62,163 bases of DNA from the NCBI GenBank assembly GCA_019312665.1, contig JAFDCZ010000005.1:1-62163 (forward strand), given 5' to 3'. This stretch comes from Deltaproteobacteria bacterium (GTDB lineage: Bacteria > Myxococcota_A > UBA9160 > UBA6930). The notes under the pieces were generated by a model, which saw only the letters and a program-made list of their open reading frames with translations, did not search any database and was not told the origin of the DNA. Shown in pieces: positions 1-10,828 of the stretch (positions are counted from its first letter, which is position 1; the number at the start of each line of letters is the position of its first letter). A program made the translations under genes and the position numbers.

Positions 1-1217
1 CCCTTGCATTTCTCCATCTCGAAATCGCCGGGTGTCGCAGAAACGTAGACGCGGGTATGCGCCCGCTCCTCCCACTCCTCGAAGCGCAGCGGCCGGTTGT
101 CCAAGGCCGAAGGCAGCCGCCAGCCGAACTCGACCAGGGTCTCCTTGCGCGCCCGATCGCCCCGGGACATCCCGCCGATCTGGGGCACCGAGACGTGGCT
201 CTCGTCCAGGAAGACCATCCCGTTGTCCGGAAAGTAGTCGTAGAGGGTGTACGGCGTCTCGCCTTCCTGGCGGCCGTCGAGCCAGCGCGAGTAGTTCTCG
301 ACCCCGTGGCAAAAGCCCATCTCCACCAGGCTTTCCAGGTCGTACAACGTGCGCTGTTCGAGCCGCTGGGCTTCGAGCAGCTTGCCTTCTTTGTGGAAGA
401 GGTCGAGCCGTTCCGCCAGTTCTTCCTTGATGCCTTCGCAAGCCTGCTTGATGCGCTGCTCGGTGGCCACGTAGTGGCTGGCGGGATAGATCATCGCCCG
501 CTTCGGCCGCGCGAGGACCTTTCCGCGCAGCGGATCGATCTCGGCGATGCTCTCCACTTCCTCGCCGAAGAACTCGATCCGCAAGGCCCGCTCGCTCTCG
601 TACTGGGGGATCACCTCGACCACATCGCCTCGCACGCGGAAGGTGCCCCGTTGAAAATCGTGATCGTTGCGGTCGTAGAGCATGTCGACCAGATGGCGCA
701 GGAAGGCGTCGCGATCGATGACGGTGCCGACCTCTACGAACGCGTGCATCGCTCCATACGCCTCCGGCGAGCCCAGCCCATAGATGCAGGAGACACTGGC
801 CACCACCAGCACATCCTTCCGGGTCAGCAGCGAGTGGGTCGCCGAGTGGCGCAGCTTGTCGATCTCATCGTTGATCGACGAATCCTTTTCGATGTAGGTA
901 TCCGTCGAGGGGATGTAGGCCTCTGGCTGATAGTAGTCGTAGTAGGAAACGAAATACTCGACGGCATTCGACGGGAAGAGCCCCTTGAACTCCGCGTAGA
1001 GCTGGGCAGCGAGCGTCTTGTTGGGTGCCATCACCAGCGTCGGCCGGTTCAACGCTTCGACCACGCAGGCCATCGTGAAGGATTTGCCGCTGCCGGTCAC
1101 GCCGAGCAACGTCTGGTGGGTCTCGCCCCGCTGAATGCCTTCGACCAGCTCGGCGATCGCCCGAGGCTGATCACCCGCCGGCTCGAACTCGCTCTCGAGC
1201 TTGAAGGGCTGGCTCAT
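1..1217 (-). CDS. uvrB: Excinuclease ABC subunit B, N-terminal part (runs off the window; C-terminus missing)
   Basis: My reverse-strand translation from the ATG at 1217 reads [50 protein letters not shown]..., a typical UvrB N-terminus with Walker A GSGK(S/T). The frame stays open to position 1. It is absent from the ORF track because it has no stop in the window. The start overlaps the cysS stop (ATGA). Confidence 0.9.
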   Translation of the reverse strand, partial: MSQPFKLESEFEPAGDQPRAIAELVEGIQRGETHQTLLGVTGSGKSFTMACVVEALNRPTLVMAPNKTLAAQLYAEFKGLFPSNAVEYFVSYYDYYQPEAYIPSTDTYIEKDSSINDEIDKLRHSATHSLLTRKDVLVVASVSCIYGLGSPEAYGAMHAFVEVGTVIDRDAFLRHLVDMLYDRNDHDFQRGTFRVRGDVVEVIPQYESERALRIEFFGEEVESIAEIDPLRGKVLARPKRAMIYPASHYVATEQRIKQACEGIKEELAERLDLFHKEGKLLEAQRLEQRTLYDLESLVEMGFCHGVENYSRWLDGRQEGETPYTLYDYFPDNGMVFLDESHVSVPQIGGMSRGDRARKETLVEFGWRLPSALDNRPLRFEEWEERAHTRVYVSATPGDFEMEKCK

Positions 1218-2626
1218 GGCTCGCTGCGTCTCCAGATCGGCCCGTCCGGTGTATCCTCGATCGTCACACCTTCGGCCGCCAACTCGTCGCGGATGCGATC
1301 GGCTTCCGCCCACTCCTTCGCCTGGCGAGCCGCCTGGCGCGCGGCGACCAGCCGGTCGATGCGCGGGTCCTTCTCTTGAATCGCCTGGGGAAGCGCCGCG
1401 GTCAAGAGGTCGAGGCCCAGCCAAGCGTCGCATTCCGTCAGCAGAGCACGCCGGGTGGCGGGTGAGAGGCTTTCGTCACGAACGATCTGCGTGGCGGCGG
1501 CCAGGGCCCGCGGTGCGTTCAAATCGTCGTTCATCGCGGCTCGGAACTCGGCCCCGTGGCTGGCCACGGCCTGTTCGTCCACGCCACCGTCTTCCGACAA
1601 TGCCTGGGCCTGGGCGACGAGCCTTCGGTAGCCGCGATCCGCGGCCGCCATCGCGTCATCGGTGAAGGTCTGCTGCTTCCGGTAGTGCGCCTGGAGGAAA
1701 AAGTATCGGAACGAAAGCGGCAGCAAGCCCGAATCGACCAGATCCTGCAGGATGTACACATTGCCGAGAGACTTCGACATCTTCTCGCCCTGGAAATCGA
1801 TGAACTCCTCGTGCATCCACACGTTGACCCAGCGGTCGATACCGAGTGCGGTCTCACTCTGGGCGATCTCGTTCGAGTGGTGCACGGGCAGGTGGTCGAT
1901 GCCGCCCGTATGAATATCGAAGGTCTCCCCCAGGTACTTCGTGCTCATGGCCGAGCACTCGATATGCCAGCCGGGAAAGCCGACTCCCCAGGGAGAATCC
2001 CACTCCTGTTGCCTCTGCACACCTTTCTCCGCGAACTTCCAGAGCGCAAAATCCGCCGACTGACGCTTCTCCGTCACCTCCTCGATCCGGTTCGCGCCTT
2101 CTTGTTGGGCGAGGTCCAGCCGAGCAAGGTCCGCATAGCGAGGAAATTTCGCGATATCGAAGTAGATCCCGTCCGAGATCCGGTAGGTCGCACCCTTCGC
2201 CTCGAGCTGGCGAATCATCTCGATCTGCTCCGGAATATGATCCGTCGCCTTGCACAACACATCTGGATCGGGGATTCCCAGCCGGCGCCGATCCACGAGC
2301 CATTGCTCCGTGTACTCGGCAGCGATTTCCTCGGCGCGGCGCCCGCTCTGGGCGGCCGCCTTCTCCATCTTGTCCTCGCCCGCATCCGCGTCATCGGTGA
2401 GATGACCCACATCGGTCACGTTGATGACATGGGTGACCTTCAAGCCCTGCGCTTTCAACGCGCGAACGAGCAGGTCTGCGAACAGATACGGGCGCATGTT
2501 GCCGATGTGCTGGGCGGAATAGACCGTCGGCCCGCACGAATACACCCCGGCATGGCCGGGCTTGATCGGAACGAAGCGTTCTTTCTTGCGCGTGCGCGAG
2601 TTGAAGAGAAATAGCCCCTCGGTCAT
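1214..2626 (-). CDS. cysS: Cysteine--tRNA ligase
   Basis: 470 aa ORF with the class I aaRS signatures HIGN (HIGH) and KMSKSLGN (KMSKS). The overall CysRS-like N-terminus is [15 protein letters not shown]. Confidence 0.95.
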   Translation of the reverse strand: MTEGLFLFNSRTRKKERFVPIKPGHAGVYSCGPTVYSAQHIGNMRPYLFADLLVRALKAQGLKVTHVINVTDVGHLTDDADAGEDKMEKAAAQSGRRAEEIAAEYTEQWLVDRRRLGIPDPDVLCKATDHIPEQIEMIRQLEAKGATYRISDGIYFDIAKFPRYADLARLDLAQQEGANRIEEVTEKRQSADFALWKFAEKGVQRQQEWDSPWGVGFPGWHIECSAMSTKYLGETFDIHTGGIDHLPVHHSNEIAQSETALGIDRWVNVWMHEEFIDFQGEKMSKSLGNVYILQDLVDSGLLPLSFRYFFLQAHYRKQQTFTDDAMAAADRGYRRLVAQAQALSEDGGVDEQAVASHGAEFRAAMNDDLNAPRALAAATQIVRDESLSPATRRALLTECDAWLGLDLLTAALPQAIQEKDPRIDRLVAARQAARQAKEWAEADRIRDELAAEGVTIEDTPDGPIWRRSEP

Positions 2627-3108
2627 TCGTCGCTCGTCTCCAACAGCACGACCGCCTGCGCGGCGATTCCTTCCCCACGGCCGATCGCTCCGAGCTCATC
2701 GGTGCTGGTGATCTTGACGTTCACCTGCGCCTCGGGCACCCCCAGCACCTCGGCCAGGTTCTTGCGCATGGCGGCCTGGTACGGCGCCAGCCGGGGAGCC
2801 TGGGCGACGACCGTCGCATCACAGTTGCCGAGCCGGAAACCGGCTTCCCGCGCCAGGGCCATGACCCGCAACAGGAGTTCCTTCGAGGCGATCCCGCGCA
2901 GACTCTCGTCCGACGAAGGAAAGTGGCGGCCGAGATCGCCTTCGCCGAGAGCGCCGAGCACCGCATCGGTCACCGCGTGCAGCAAGGCATCTCCATCCGA
3001 GTGGCCGGCGAGCCCGCGATCCGACGGAATGTCCACACCACCGAGCACCAGCTTGCGACCCTCCGCCAGAGCGTGGACGTCGAAGCCCTGCCCCACGCGA
3101 ACACTCAT
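2623..3108 (-). CDS. ispF: 2-C-methyl-D-erythritol 2,4-cyclodiphosphate synthase
   Basis: 161 aa. GQGFDVHAL...GHSDGDALLHAVTDAVLGA is the IspF zinc/substrate signature. Has 4-nt overlaps with cysS and ispD. Confidence 0.95.
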   Translation of the reverse strand: MSVRVGQGFDVHALAEGRKLVLGGVDIPSDRGLAGHSDGDALLHAVTDAVLGALGEGDLGRHFPSSDESLRGIASKELLLRVMALAREAGFRLGNCDATVVAQAPRLAPYQAAMRKNLAEVLGVPEAQVNVKITSTDELGAIGRGEGIAAQAVVLLETSDE

Positions 3109-3827
3109 GAAGGCTCCCCCTGAAGCACGGCCTCGGCCCAGGCCAAATCCGCAGCCGTCGTGATCTTTCGATTGATCGGATCGCCCTCGACCACCCGAAC
3201 CTCCACGCCGAGCCGCGCGACCAGCGCAGCATCATCCGTACCGTGCACAGCGTCCGCTCGCGCTTTGGCCAACGCCTCCCGCAGCCAATCCACCCGGAAG
3301 ACCTGAGGCGTGAGCGCGGCCCGGAGCCCTGCCCGCGCCGGAGTCTCCCGGAGTCTGTCTCCGTCGATCTGGTGGATCGTATCGGTCACGGGGGTTGCGA
3401 GCAGCGCGGCACCGCACTCGAGGGCCACGCGCACCACCCGGCGGACATCCTCGGCGGGCACCAACGGGCGAGCGGCATCGTGGACGACCACATGGCTCAC
3501 CTCGCCTGAAAGCGCTTCGAGCCCTGCCGCCACGGAATCCTGGCGCTCGGCTCCGCCCGCGACAGCGGGCCGCAGGCCACGAACCGGGCCCAGTTCAGCC
3601 ACGGCCGCCTCGAAGCGAGCCAGCCAGGCCTCGGGAACGACGGGAACCAGTTGATCGATCTCCTCGGCTTCCGCCATCCTCAGCAGCGAGCGAACGAGGA
3701 GGGTACGCCCTGCCACCGGAAGGAACGCCTTCGGCGGCAGGTCGTTCTCCGCGCCGCCGGTAGATGCCAGGCTGCGGCGCAGGCGCTCGCCTCGACCGGC
3801 GGCCAGCACGAGAGCGGCCACGCTCAT
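3105..3827 (-). CDS. ispD: 2-C-methyl-D-erythritol 4-phosphate cytidylyltransferase
   Basis: 240 aa. N-terminal VLAAGRGERL nucleotide-binding motif. Lies directly upstream of ispF, as in many bacteria. Confidence 0.9.
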   Translation of the reverse strand: MSVAALVLAAGRGERLRRSLASTGGAENDLPPKAFLPVAGRTLLVRSLLRMAEAEEIDQLVPVVPEAWLARFEAAVAELGPVRGLRPAVAGGAERQDSVAAGLEALSGEVSHVVVHDAARPLVPAEDVRRVVRVALECGAALLATPVTDTIHQIDGDRLRETPARAGLRAALTPQVFRVDWLREALAKARADAVHGTDDAALVARLGVEVRVVEGDPINRKITTAADLAWAEAVLQGEPS

Positions 3828-3962
3828 GCCGGGCAGGATAGCGGACCCTACGTGCCTTCCCCCCCGGGGTTGCTAACGTTCGCCGGCGCGCTTTTCGACC
3901 GATGTGTCGAAGCCGTAGCCCGGGACCCGATCCGAGGCGCGGCGCTTGGAGGGGAACTCTCG

Positions 3963-5693
3963 ATGGCTCGCCACCTGCTTGCGGCCCTGCTCAGCTTTGG
4001 ACTCGCCCTGCCTGCCTTTGCGGAAGATCCGCCGGATACGGCCGCGCCAGAAACCACCCCGGTACCGGGTGGGCTTCAGCCCGATCTCCGTGGCGAGCTA
4101 GCCCTCTCGTTGCACGACGCGATCGCCATGGGCATCGAGAACAATCTCGACGTGGAAATCGTGCGGCACGATCCGCTGATCGCGCAGCAGGAGCACCGCA
4201 TCGCCCGCGGCGCTCACGACCCGAACCTCTACGGCACGTTCGACTACGAAAGCCGGGAGACACCAATCGCCAGTGCATTGCAAGCCGGTGGGCGGCTCGT
4301 CGAACGCGAGACCACCGGCAGCGCGGGGCTGGTCGGCCTGATCCCCAAGCTCGGCTGGACCTACGACCTGGCCTTCACGGGCCGACGGATCACGACGACG
4401 TCTTCGATCTCGGAGCTCTCGCCCGAATACAACTCGGGTATCACGGGATCGATCACCATGCCCATCCTGAAGGGCTTCCTCTGGGGTCAGGCCTGGACAC
4501 AGGTGAAGATCAGCGGGCTTGGCAGCGAGATCGCCCAGGAGCAATTCCGCCAGCAGCTGATGGACGTCGTGCGCGGCATCGCGGATGCCTACTGGGACCT
4601 GGCCGCCCAGAAGGAGAACCGGGCCGTCGCCAACAAGAGTCTGGAGACGTCCCGGGCATTGCTCGGACAGACAAACGCCCAATACGAAGTAGGTGTCGTC
4701 TCGCGGGTCGAGGTCACGGAATCCGAGGCCGGCGTCGCCGACCGGGAGTTCCGTCAGATCGGCGCCGACAACCGTTACCTCACCGCCCAGGACACCTTGA
4801 TCGATGCGGTGCTCGGCCCGTATCTGACCCCCAGTTCCAGCTTGAAGGTCATCCCCACGGACAAGCCGGAGGAGTACACGACCTTCGAACTCGACCGCGA
4901 GGAAAGCGCCCGCAAGGCCTTCGAGAAGCGGCCAGAACTCGAAATCGCTCGCAGGCAGGTGGAGCAGACCCAGATCAGCCTGAAGTTCGCCCGGAACCAG
5001 AGGCTTCCGCAGCTCGACCTGGTCGGAGCCTACGGGTATCGCGGACTGGCGGGCGCGACGAACCCTGCCGAGCCGATCTTCGGCGGGGTCAGCCAGATCC
5101 AGCCTGTCACCGAGCCCGCGGCGATCAATGGCGTCCCTGGCACCTTGACCACCTTCCAGCAGGTCCCCGTGCTCGACTCGCAGGGCAAGCGGATCCGCCA
5201 GCCGGTCAACGTCGGCCGCACGTTCTCTAGCACGGACGACGACTTCTTCTCTGCCGATGGCGCCAAGGCGTGGACCGGCGGAGCGCGGTTCAGCATTCCG
5301 CTCGGCAATCGCGCCGGCCGAGGTGGGGTAGACAGGGCCCACCTCGAACTGCGCAAGGCGCGCACCTTCCTACGGCGTCTCGAACAGCAGATCATCATCG
5401 ACGTGCGGAAATCCGTACGCGATCTACGCTCGGCCCAGTTGGGCATCGAGGCCGCCGAGCGGCGCCGTGTGGCGGCGCAAGAGCAGCACCGGGCCGAGCA
5501 GATCCGGCTCGAGCACGGGGAATCGACTCCCTTCGATGTCCTGCAACGAGAAGAAGATCTGGTCGAGGCGCAAAGCCAGAAGATCGGAGCACTGCAGATC
5601 TACCACAGTTCCGTCGCCAGCCTGGACCGCGCGCAGGGAACGATTCTCGAAGATCGCGGCGTGATCATCGAAGAGGCACGACCGCTGCGTTAA
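3963..5693 (+). CDS. TolC-family outer membrane efflux protein
   Basis: In-frame ATG at 3963 gives MARHLLAALLSFGLALPAFAEDPP, a signal peptide. The body has two repeated OEP-like halves with coiled-coil segments. The 680-aa track ORF upstream of this ATG overlaps ispD and is probably not translated. Confidence 0.8.
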   Translation: MARHLLAALLSFGLALPAFAEDPPDTAAPETTPVPGGLQPDLRGELALSLHDAIAMGIENNLDVEIVRHDPLIAQQEHRIARGAHDPNLYGTFDYESRETPIASALQAGGRLVERETTGSAGLVGLIPKLGWTYDLAFTGRRITTTSSISELSPEYNSGITGSITMPILKGFLWGQAWTQVKISGLGSEIAQEQFRQQLMDVVRGIADAYWDLAAQKENRAVANKSLETSRALLGQTNAQYEVGVVSRVEVTESEAGVADREFRQIGADNRYLTAQDTLIDAVLGPYLTPSSSLKVIPTDKPEEYTTFELDREESARKAFEKRPELEIARRQVEQTQISLKFARNQRLPQLDLVGAYGYRGLAGATNPAEPIFGGVSQIQPVTEPAAINGVPGTLTTFQQVPVLDSQGKRIRQPVNVGRTFSSTDDDFFSADGAKAWTGGARFSIPLGNRAGRGGVDRAHLELRKARTFLRRLEQQIIIDVRKSVRDLRSAQLGIEAAERRRVAAQEQHRAEQIRLEHGESTPFDVLQREEDLVEAQSQKIGALQIYHSSVASLDRAQGTILEDRGVIIEEARPLR

Positions 5694-5723
5694 GATCGGC
5701 CTTCGCCGTCACCGGAGGTACCC

Positions 5724-6266
5724 GTGAGCCTGTTCGGAAAGAGTCAACACGACTCCACGACCGAAACGGAAGCTCCCGCAACCACGTCCGGGGTCTTGGC
5801 GGAAACACCGGCCGAGAGGCCGGTGCCGAGCACATCCGGACGGGAACGAGAGCACATCCAAGGAGGGGCCAGCGTGGCCAACATCGGCAAGTCCATCACC
5901 ATCAAGGGAGATCTCACCGGAAACGAGGATCTCCAGATCGACGGCACGGTAGAAGGCCGCATCGATCTTCCGAACAACCAGCTCACGATCGGCGCCGACG
6001 GCGAGGTCAAGGCAGAGGTAACCGCCAAGGCCGTCACCGTGATCGGGCATGTGACGGGCAACTTGACCGCCACCGACAAGATCGAGGTCGAAGGCGCCGG
6101 GATCGTCGACGGTGACGTCCGTGCGCCCCGACTGATCATCCAGGAAGGCGCCGTGCTGAATGGTGCGGTGGAGATGGGCCACAAGGCCTCCGGTGCAGCG
6201 GCGGCCTCGGCTTCGCCTCCGAAGCCTGTCGCCAGCAGCTCCGCCGGGGCAAGCGCAGAAGGTTGA
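5724..6266 (+). CDS. Bactofilin-family cytoskeletal protein
   Basis: 180 aa. The core IKGDLTGNEDLQIDGTVEGRIDLPNNQLTIGADGEVKAEVTAKAVTVIGHVTGNLTATDKIEVEGAGIVDGDV is the repetitive beta-helical DUF583/bactofilin pattern, flanked by disordered tails. Confidence 0.85.
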   Translation: MSLFGKSQHDSTTETEAPATTSGVLAETPAERPVPSTSGREREHIQGGASVANIGKSITIKGDLTGNEDLQIDGTVEGRIDLPNNQLTIGADGEVKAEVTAKAVTVIGHVTGNLTATDKIEVEGAGIVDGDVRAPRLIIQEGAVLNGAVEMGHKASGAAAASASPPKPVASSSAGASAEG

Positions 6267-6269
6267 TCC

Positions 6270-6306
6270 CGGCAGTGAAGGTACGGGGAACCCCCTCCTT
6301 CACTGC
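6270..6306. terminator. Hairpin between the convergent bactofilin and PilZ genes (candidate bidirectional terminator)
   Basis: GGCAGTGAAGG (6270-6280) pairs perfectly with CCTTCACTGCC (6296-6306). The 15-nt loop contains its own GGGG..CCCC mini-stem. The right arm overlaps the PilZ stop codon. Flanking U-tracts are weak. Confidence 0.45.
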
Positions 6307-6887
6307 CTCTTCTGGCGGCCCTCGAGAACTTCGAGGACATCCCACTCGGCGCCTAGTGACGCTTGGGCCTCCTCGCGAGCTTCGTCTTCGTTCGCGGCGA
6401 CCAATGTCAACGTCTTCGTCCGAGAGCCGGCGCATTGGCGTACCCGGACCTTGAAGCTTCGGGGCTGTCGGTCGGCCCCCGATCGCTCGTGGGTCTCGGA
6501 TAGACCGGCGCGCGCTCGTGCGAAATCTACCGATGCTTCGGAATCTGCGGCCACGGAGCCGGAAGCGTTTGCCTCGCGGGGTTTCTCGTCGGGTATCAGA
6601 TCCAGGAAATCCGCTGCGGGATTCTCGACGATGCAGCCGTAGGCAAAGCTCTCGCCCCGGCGGTACCGCACCCTGCGTTGATTCCAGATGAGCGCCTTCA
6701 CGACGATCGGCTGGCCCATCCCGGGGAACTCGATCTCCGCGGCGCTACCGATCTCCAGATCGGCTGGGCAGACCATCGCGAGCCCGCCTTCGGAAACATC
6801 CACGATCATGCCCTGATGCTCGCCGGCCTCCTGCCGGATCGAACATTGGGCCCTGCGCTGGATGCGCCGGCTGATCCTCCGCTCCAT
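6300..6887 (-). CDS. PilZ domain protein with an uncharacterised C-terminal domain
   Basis: 195 aa. RRISRR followed by DVSEGG matches the PilZ c-di-GMP binding motifs RxxxR and D/NxSxxG. I did not recognise the C-terminal ~90 aa. Confidence 0.7.
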   Translation of the reverse strand: MERRISRRIQRRAQCSIRQEAGEHQGMIVDVSEGGLAMVCPADLEIGSAAEIEFPGMGQPIVVKALIWNQRRVRYRRGESFAYGCIVENPAADFLDLIPDEKPREANASGSVAADSEASVDFARARAGLSETHERSGADRQPRSFKVRVRQCAGSRTKTLTLVAANEDEAREEAQASLGAEWDVLEVLEGRQKRQ

Positions 6888-7074
6888 CTGCTCCCTATCG
6901 GCGATCCGGATGGAGAGAGTGAAGGGGGCTGCTTATCCGATCGGCCTAGATTTCACCCACGGAAGCGACGCAGGAAGGCCTCAGCAGCCGCAGCACCGAC
7001 CTCGAGCCCGGCCCTTGCCCGGGCGAGGTGCGATGTCCGATCGATGCGGTCCATCCGCGGACCCCGAATGGCGT

Positions 7075-8154
7075 TCAATCCCGGAGCAGTTCGGACAGCA
7101 GCACCGGTCGGCCCTCGTCGATCGAGCGATGGGCCGCGGCACCGACCGCCACGGACAGCAGACCATCCTCGAGGGTGACTTCGGGCGCGCCGCTGTGCAC
7201 GATCGCGTCTCGGAAGTGCATGTGCTCCAGGTAGGACGAGCCGTCGTGGAAGCCCTGGTAGGCAATGCGGTCGTCCTGCACCTCGAACGACTCCACACCA
7301 CCGAAAAAATGTTCGCCGCGTCGCCCCACCCGCACGATGTTGCCCGGTACGAACGCCTCGATCTTGCCTTTGGAGCCGAGCACGCTGAGTTCCTCGGAGT
7401 ACTGCGTCGCCTCCGCGAACATGCACAGATCCAGCATGCCCCGGGATCCGTCGGCGAAATCAACGATCACGAAGGCGTTGTCCAGGATATCAGCGGCCTG
7501 CCCGTCGTAGACCTCGTCGAGATGGTTCACGTCCTGGCCGCCCGACGCCATCACCCGCACCGGCGGGCTCCGCATGATCCGGTTCATGAGGTCGAAGAAG
7601 TGGCAGCATTTCTCGATGAGGGTGCCGCCCGTGTTGCGCGAGAAGCGGTTCCAGTCGCCCACCTTCTGGAGGAACGGGAATCGGTGTTCACGGATGGCGA
7701 TCATGCGCGGTGCACCGACCGCATCACCGTCGACCTCCTCGATCAGCCTGGCGATGGGCGGCATGTAGCGATACTCGAGTCCGACCCAGGTGATCGCCTC
7801 GCGGCCAGCGGCGAGGGTCAGCACCCTGTAGCAATCGTCGACGGTGGTGCACAGCGGCTTCTCGACGAGGACATGGACGTCAGTGCGCAACACGTCGTCG
7901 AGCACGTCGACATGAGTCATGTTCGGCGACGCGACGACCACGGCATCGCATTCGTCTGCGGCGAGCAGGTCCCGATGGTTGGCGTAGACCGATGCCCCGG
8001 GCACGAGATCGGAGGCGGAACCGCGGCTGCCTTCGTCGGGATCAGACAATGCAGTGATGATCACGCCTTCTACATGGAGAAGGTTGTGAATGTGTTCGAC
8101 ACCCATCATGCCGGTGCCGATGATCCCGTAGCGCAGTTCGGACATGACGGTCAC
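7075..8154 (-). CDS. Gfo/Idh/MocA family NAD(P)-dependent oxidoreductase
   Basis: 359 aa. N-terminal Rossmann motif RYGIIGTGMMGVEH, with the typical family length. Confidence 0.85.
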   Translation of the reverse strand: MTVMSELRYGIIGTGMMGVEHIHNLLHVEGVIITALSDPDEGSRGSASDLVPGASVYANHRDLLAADECDAVVVASPNMTHVDVLDDVLRTDVHVLVEKPLCTTVDDCYRVLTLAAGREAITWVGLEYRYMPPIARLIEEVDGDAVGAPRMIAIREHRFPFLQKVGDWNRFSRNTGGTLIEKCCHFFDLMNRIMRSPPVRVMASGGQDVNHLDEVYDGQAADILDNAFVIVDFADGSRGMLDLCMFAEATQYSEELSVLGSKGKIEAFVPGNIVRVGRRGEHFFGGVESFEVQDDRIAYQGFHDGSSYLEHMHFRDAIVHSGAPEVTLEDGLLSVAVGAAAHRSIDEGRPVLLSELLRD

Positions 8155-8262
8155 CTGGCGTCGAAGACTCCGAGGGGAGTTGTCACATGGATGGCTGTCG
8201 GACGGGGGGCGGCCCCGTGCTTTGCCGCGTCCGGAATGCGGCTCCGTCTCGTCGGGCCCCGA

Positions 8263-9300
8263 CTAGAGGGCTGCCTTCGCAGATTTTCCTCGGCCCTTCT
8301 TCTTGCCCTTCGGCTTCTGCTTCTTCGCCTCCTGGGCAGGGGCCCTACCGCCGGCTCCGCCGGCCAGGCGGGTTTCGAGCCACAGGAGGGTCGGGCTGGC
8401 AATATAGATCGAGGAGTAGGTGCCGATCAAGACGCCGATGGCCATGGCCAGAGCGAAGGGCCGCACCACATCGCCCCCGAGGACGAGCAAGCAGAGCACC
8501 GCCGCCAGGGTGGTGATCGAAGTCAACAAGGTCCTCGAGAGGGTCTGGTTCACGCTCAGGTTCAGCAGTTCCTTCAGGTCGTGCTTCGTGCGGAGCTCCA
8601 TGTTCTCGCGCACCCGGTCGTAGACGATGATCGTATCGTTCAGGCTGTAGCCCATGATCGCCAGCAGGGCCGCGAGCACCCGCAAGTCGAACTCGAGCCC
8701 GAACAACACCCAGATGGAGCACGTGATCAGCACGTCGTGAAGGAGAGCCACCACTGCGCCGGGTGCGAAGCGAGCCGAGAAACGGAACGCGATGTAGATG
8801 AGAATCAGGACGCAGGCGATCCCCATCGCGCGCAGCCCGTCTTCCCGCAGCTCCGCCCCGACCTTGGGGCCCACAAACTCGACACGCTGGCGATCATGCG
8901 GGCCGATTTCACCGGTGAGTGCCTCGTCGAGGGCAATGATCCGGTCGTTGGTCGCGGCCAGGGTGCCTTCCTGCGATTCCTCTTCGTGGTCGATGCGCCG
9001 TTCGCCCGGGAACTTGATCAGGAACTCGTTCTCTTCGGGCTTGCCGTAGCGAATGACACTTGCACCCTCGATCTCGAGCCCCGAGACCACCCGGCGAATC
9101 AAACCCTCGTCAGCGGTCACTCCCTCGTGAAAGCGGATCTGCACTTCGGTGCCGCCGGCGAAATCAATTCCCAACTGGACGCCGCGCGTCGCCACGCCGA
9201 TCAATCCGGCGGCGAGGAGCGCAAGCGAAAGCGCCACACAGATGCGCCACTTCGAGAGGAAATCAATACGGGTGCCGGGCTTGATGATCTCGACGGGCAC
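8263..9300 (-). CDS. secF: Protein translocase subunit SecF
   Basis: 345 aa. IDFLSKWRI...GIDFAGGTEVQIRF N-terminus and a multi-TM C-terminal half typical of SecF. Follows secD. Confidence 0.9.
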   Translation of the reverse strand: MPVEIIKPGTRIDFLSKWRICVALSLALLAAGLIGVATRGVQLGIDFAGGTEVQIRFHEGVTADEGLIRRVVSGLEIEGASVIRYGKPEENEFLIKFPGERRIDHEEESQEGTLAATNDRIIALDEALTGEIGPHDRQRVEFVGPKVGAELREDGLRAMGIACVLILIYIAFRFSARFAPGAVVALLHDVLITCSIWVLFGLEFDLRVLAALLAIMGYSLNDTIIVYDRVRENMELRTKHDLKELLNLSVNQTLSRTLLTSITTLAAVLCLLVLGGDVVRPFALAMAIGVLIGTYSSIYIASPTLLWLETRLAGGAGGRAPAQEAKKQKPKGKKKGRGKSAKAAL

Positions 9301-9309
9301 AGCGGACTC

Positions 9310-10828
9310 CTAGATCGAAAGCTCGGACACGCTCTTCTGGCCGGGATGGACCTCGTAGAGCAGCCGAGTGAGTACGAGCGCTGCGAACACGCTGGTGAGA
9401 ATCCCTACGGAGAGGGTCACGGCGAAGCCCTTGATCGGGCCGGTGCCATAGCTGTAGAGGATGATCGCCGTACCGAGGGTGGTGATGTTCGCATCCAGGA
9501 TCGTCCAGCGCGCTTTCTGGAAGCCCGCGCCAATCGCGGCACGGGGCGTGCGGCCAGCCCTCACTTCTTCGCGAATCCGCTCGAAGATGATCACGTTGGC
9601 ATCGACGGCCATCCCGACCGTGAGCACCAGGCCCGCGATACCCGGCACGGTGAGCGTGCCTTGGAAGATCGACATCAAACCACCGATCATCACCAGATTC
9701 GCGAACAGTGCGATGCTCGCGTAGCCGCCGGAGAGCCGGTAGTAGCCGAGCATGAACACCAGGATCACCCGGCCCGATCGTGCGCTCCTCCTCGATGCGC
9801 AGCGGAATCGGCAGCGCGCCCGCCCGCAGGATGATCGCCAGATCCGTTGCCTCCTGAGAGGTGAAGCGACCCGTGATCTGGCCGTTGCGCGAGATCCGCG
9901 ACTGGATGGTCGGAGCGCTGAAGACACCGCCGTCCAGAATGATGGCCAGGGGCTTCTGCAGGTTGGCTTCCGTCAATTCGCCGAAGATCCGTCCGCCCTC
10001 GGCATCCCAGGTGAAGCTGACCAGCCACTCATTGCGGCGGTTGTCGAACCCGACCCGCGCGTCGGTCAGCCGCTCGCCGGTGATATCCGCATTCCCGGGG
10101 ATCAGATAGGCATTCAGGATCCGGTCCGATTCGCGATCCCTCTCGAAGGCGATGACCATCCCGTCGGGCAGCCCGGACTCATATTTCGCCCGCAGCAGAT
10201 CCTCCGTAGGCGCCGCGTCCTGCACGATCTTGAATTCGAGGAAACCGGTGGTGCCGAGAATATCCGGAACCCGGTCCATGCCCGGGATCTGGATGAGGAT
10301 CCGATCCTTGCCTTGCTTGGTGATCACGGATTCGGGGATGCCCGTCTGCGGATCGTCGATGCGTCGCCGCAACACCTCGAGAGCCTGCCCCATCGCCTCG
10401 TTGCGCACGCGGTCCGTGGTTTCGCTGGTGAGCGTGAGCACGAATTCGGTCTCGTCCGGACGCGCGATCTCGACCACGTTCCACTCGGCCAGGAGTTCTT
10501 GGATCTTCGCCGCATCCGCCGGTCCCGAGGGCTGGATGTGCATTTCCCGGTCGGTGACGAATAGCTTGACGCCCGTGATCGAGGCATCTTCGATGTCTCG
10601 TTCCAGGCCGTCCTTGAGGGAGCTGAGCTCCCGGTCGAGCGCCACCTCGAGATCCGGGGAGAGCACCATGTGGATGCCACCGCGCAGATCGAGCCCGAGA
10701 CGAACACCCTCATCGGGCAGCCACCAAGCGGCCTCGCGCAGGTCTTTGTCGAAGAATCCACCGATTCCCTGCCAGCCGAGCAGCAACACCAGTGCCACGA
10801 CGGCCCCGAGACGCCAGCGCAGGCTCAT
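9310..10828 (-). pseudogene. secD: SecD, disrupted by a frameshift with an apparent short internal deletion near 9766-9775
   Basis: The N-terminal and periplasmic part is in the frame of ORF 9263..10828 up to ...[12 protein letters not shown]. The membrane domain ([12 protein letters not shown]...[26 protein letters not shown]...) is in the frame of ORF 9310..9927. The roughly 20 aa normally found between RTIGP and the LFM..YY segment are missing. Confidence 0.8.

Noticed and set aside
6862-9834. A 990-aa ORF on the plus strand, together with similar giants such as 41877..43826 (+), 50902..52944 (-), 3902..5230 (+) and 47335..48480 (-).
   Set aside because: They lie antisense to, or out of frame with, genes that have clear family motifs (Gfo/Idh/MocA, secF, secD, LanC-like, the ThDP enzyme and others). 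Their translations are Arg/Pro/Gly/His-rich low-complexity sequence. Long stop-free antisense frames are expected at this G+C content.
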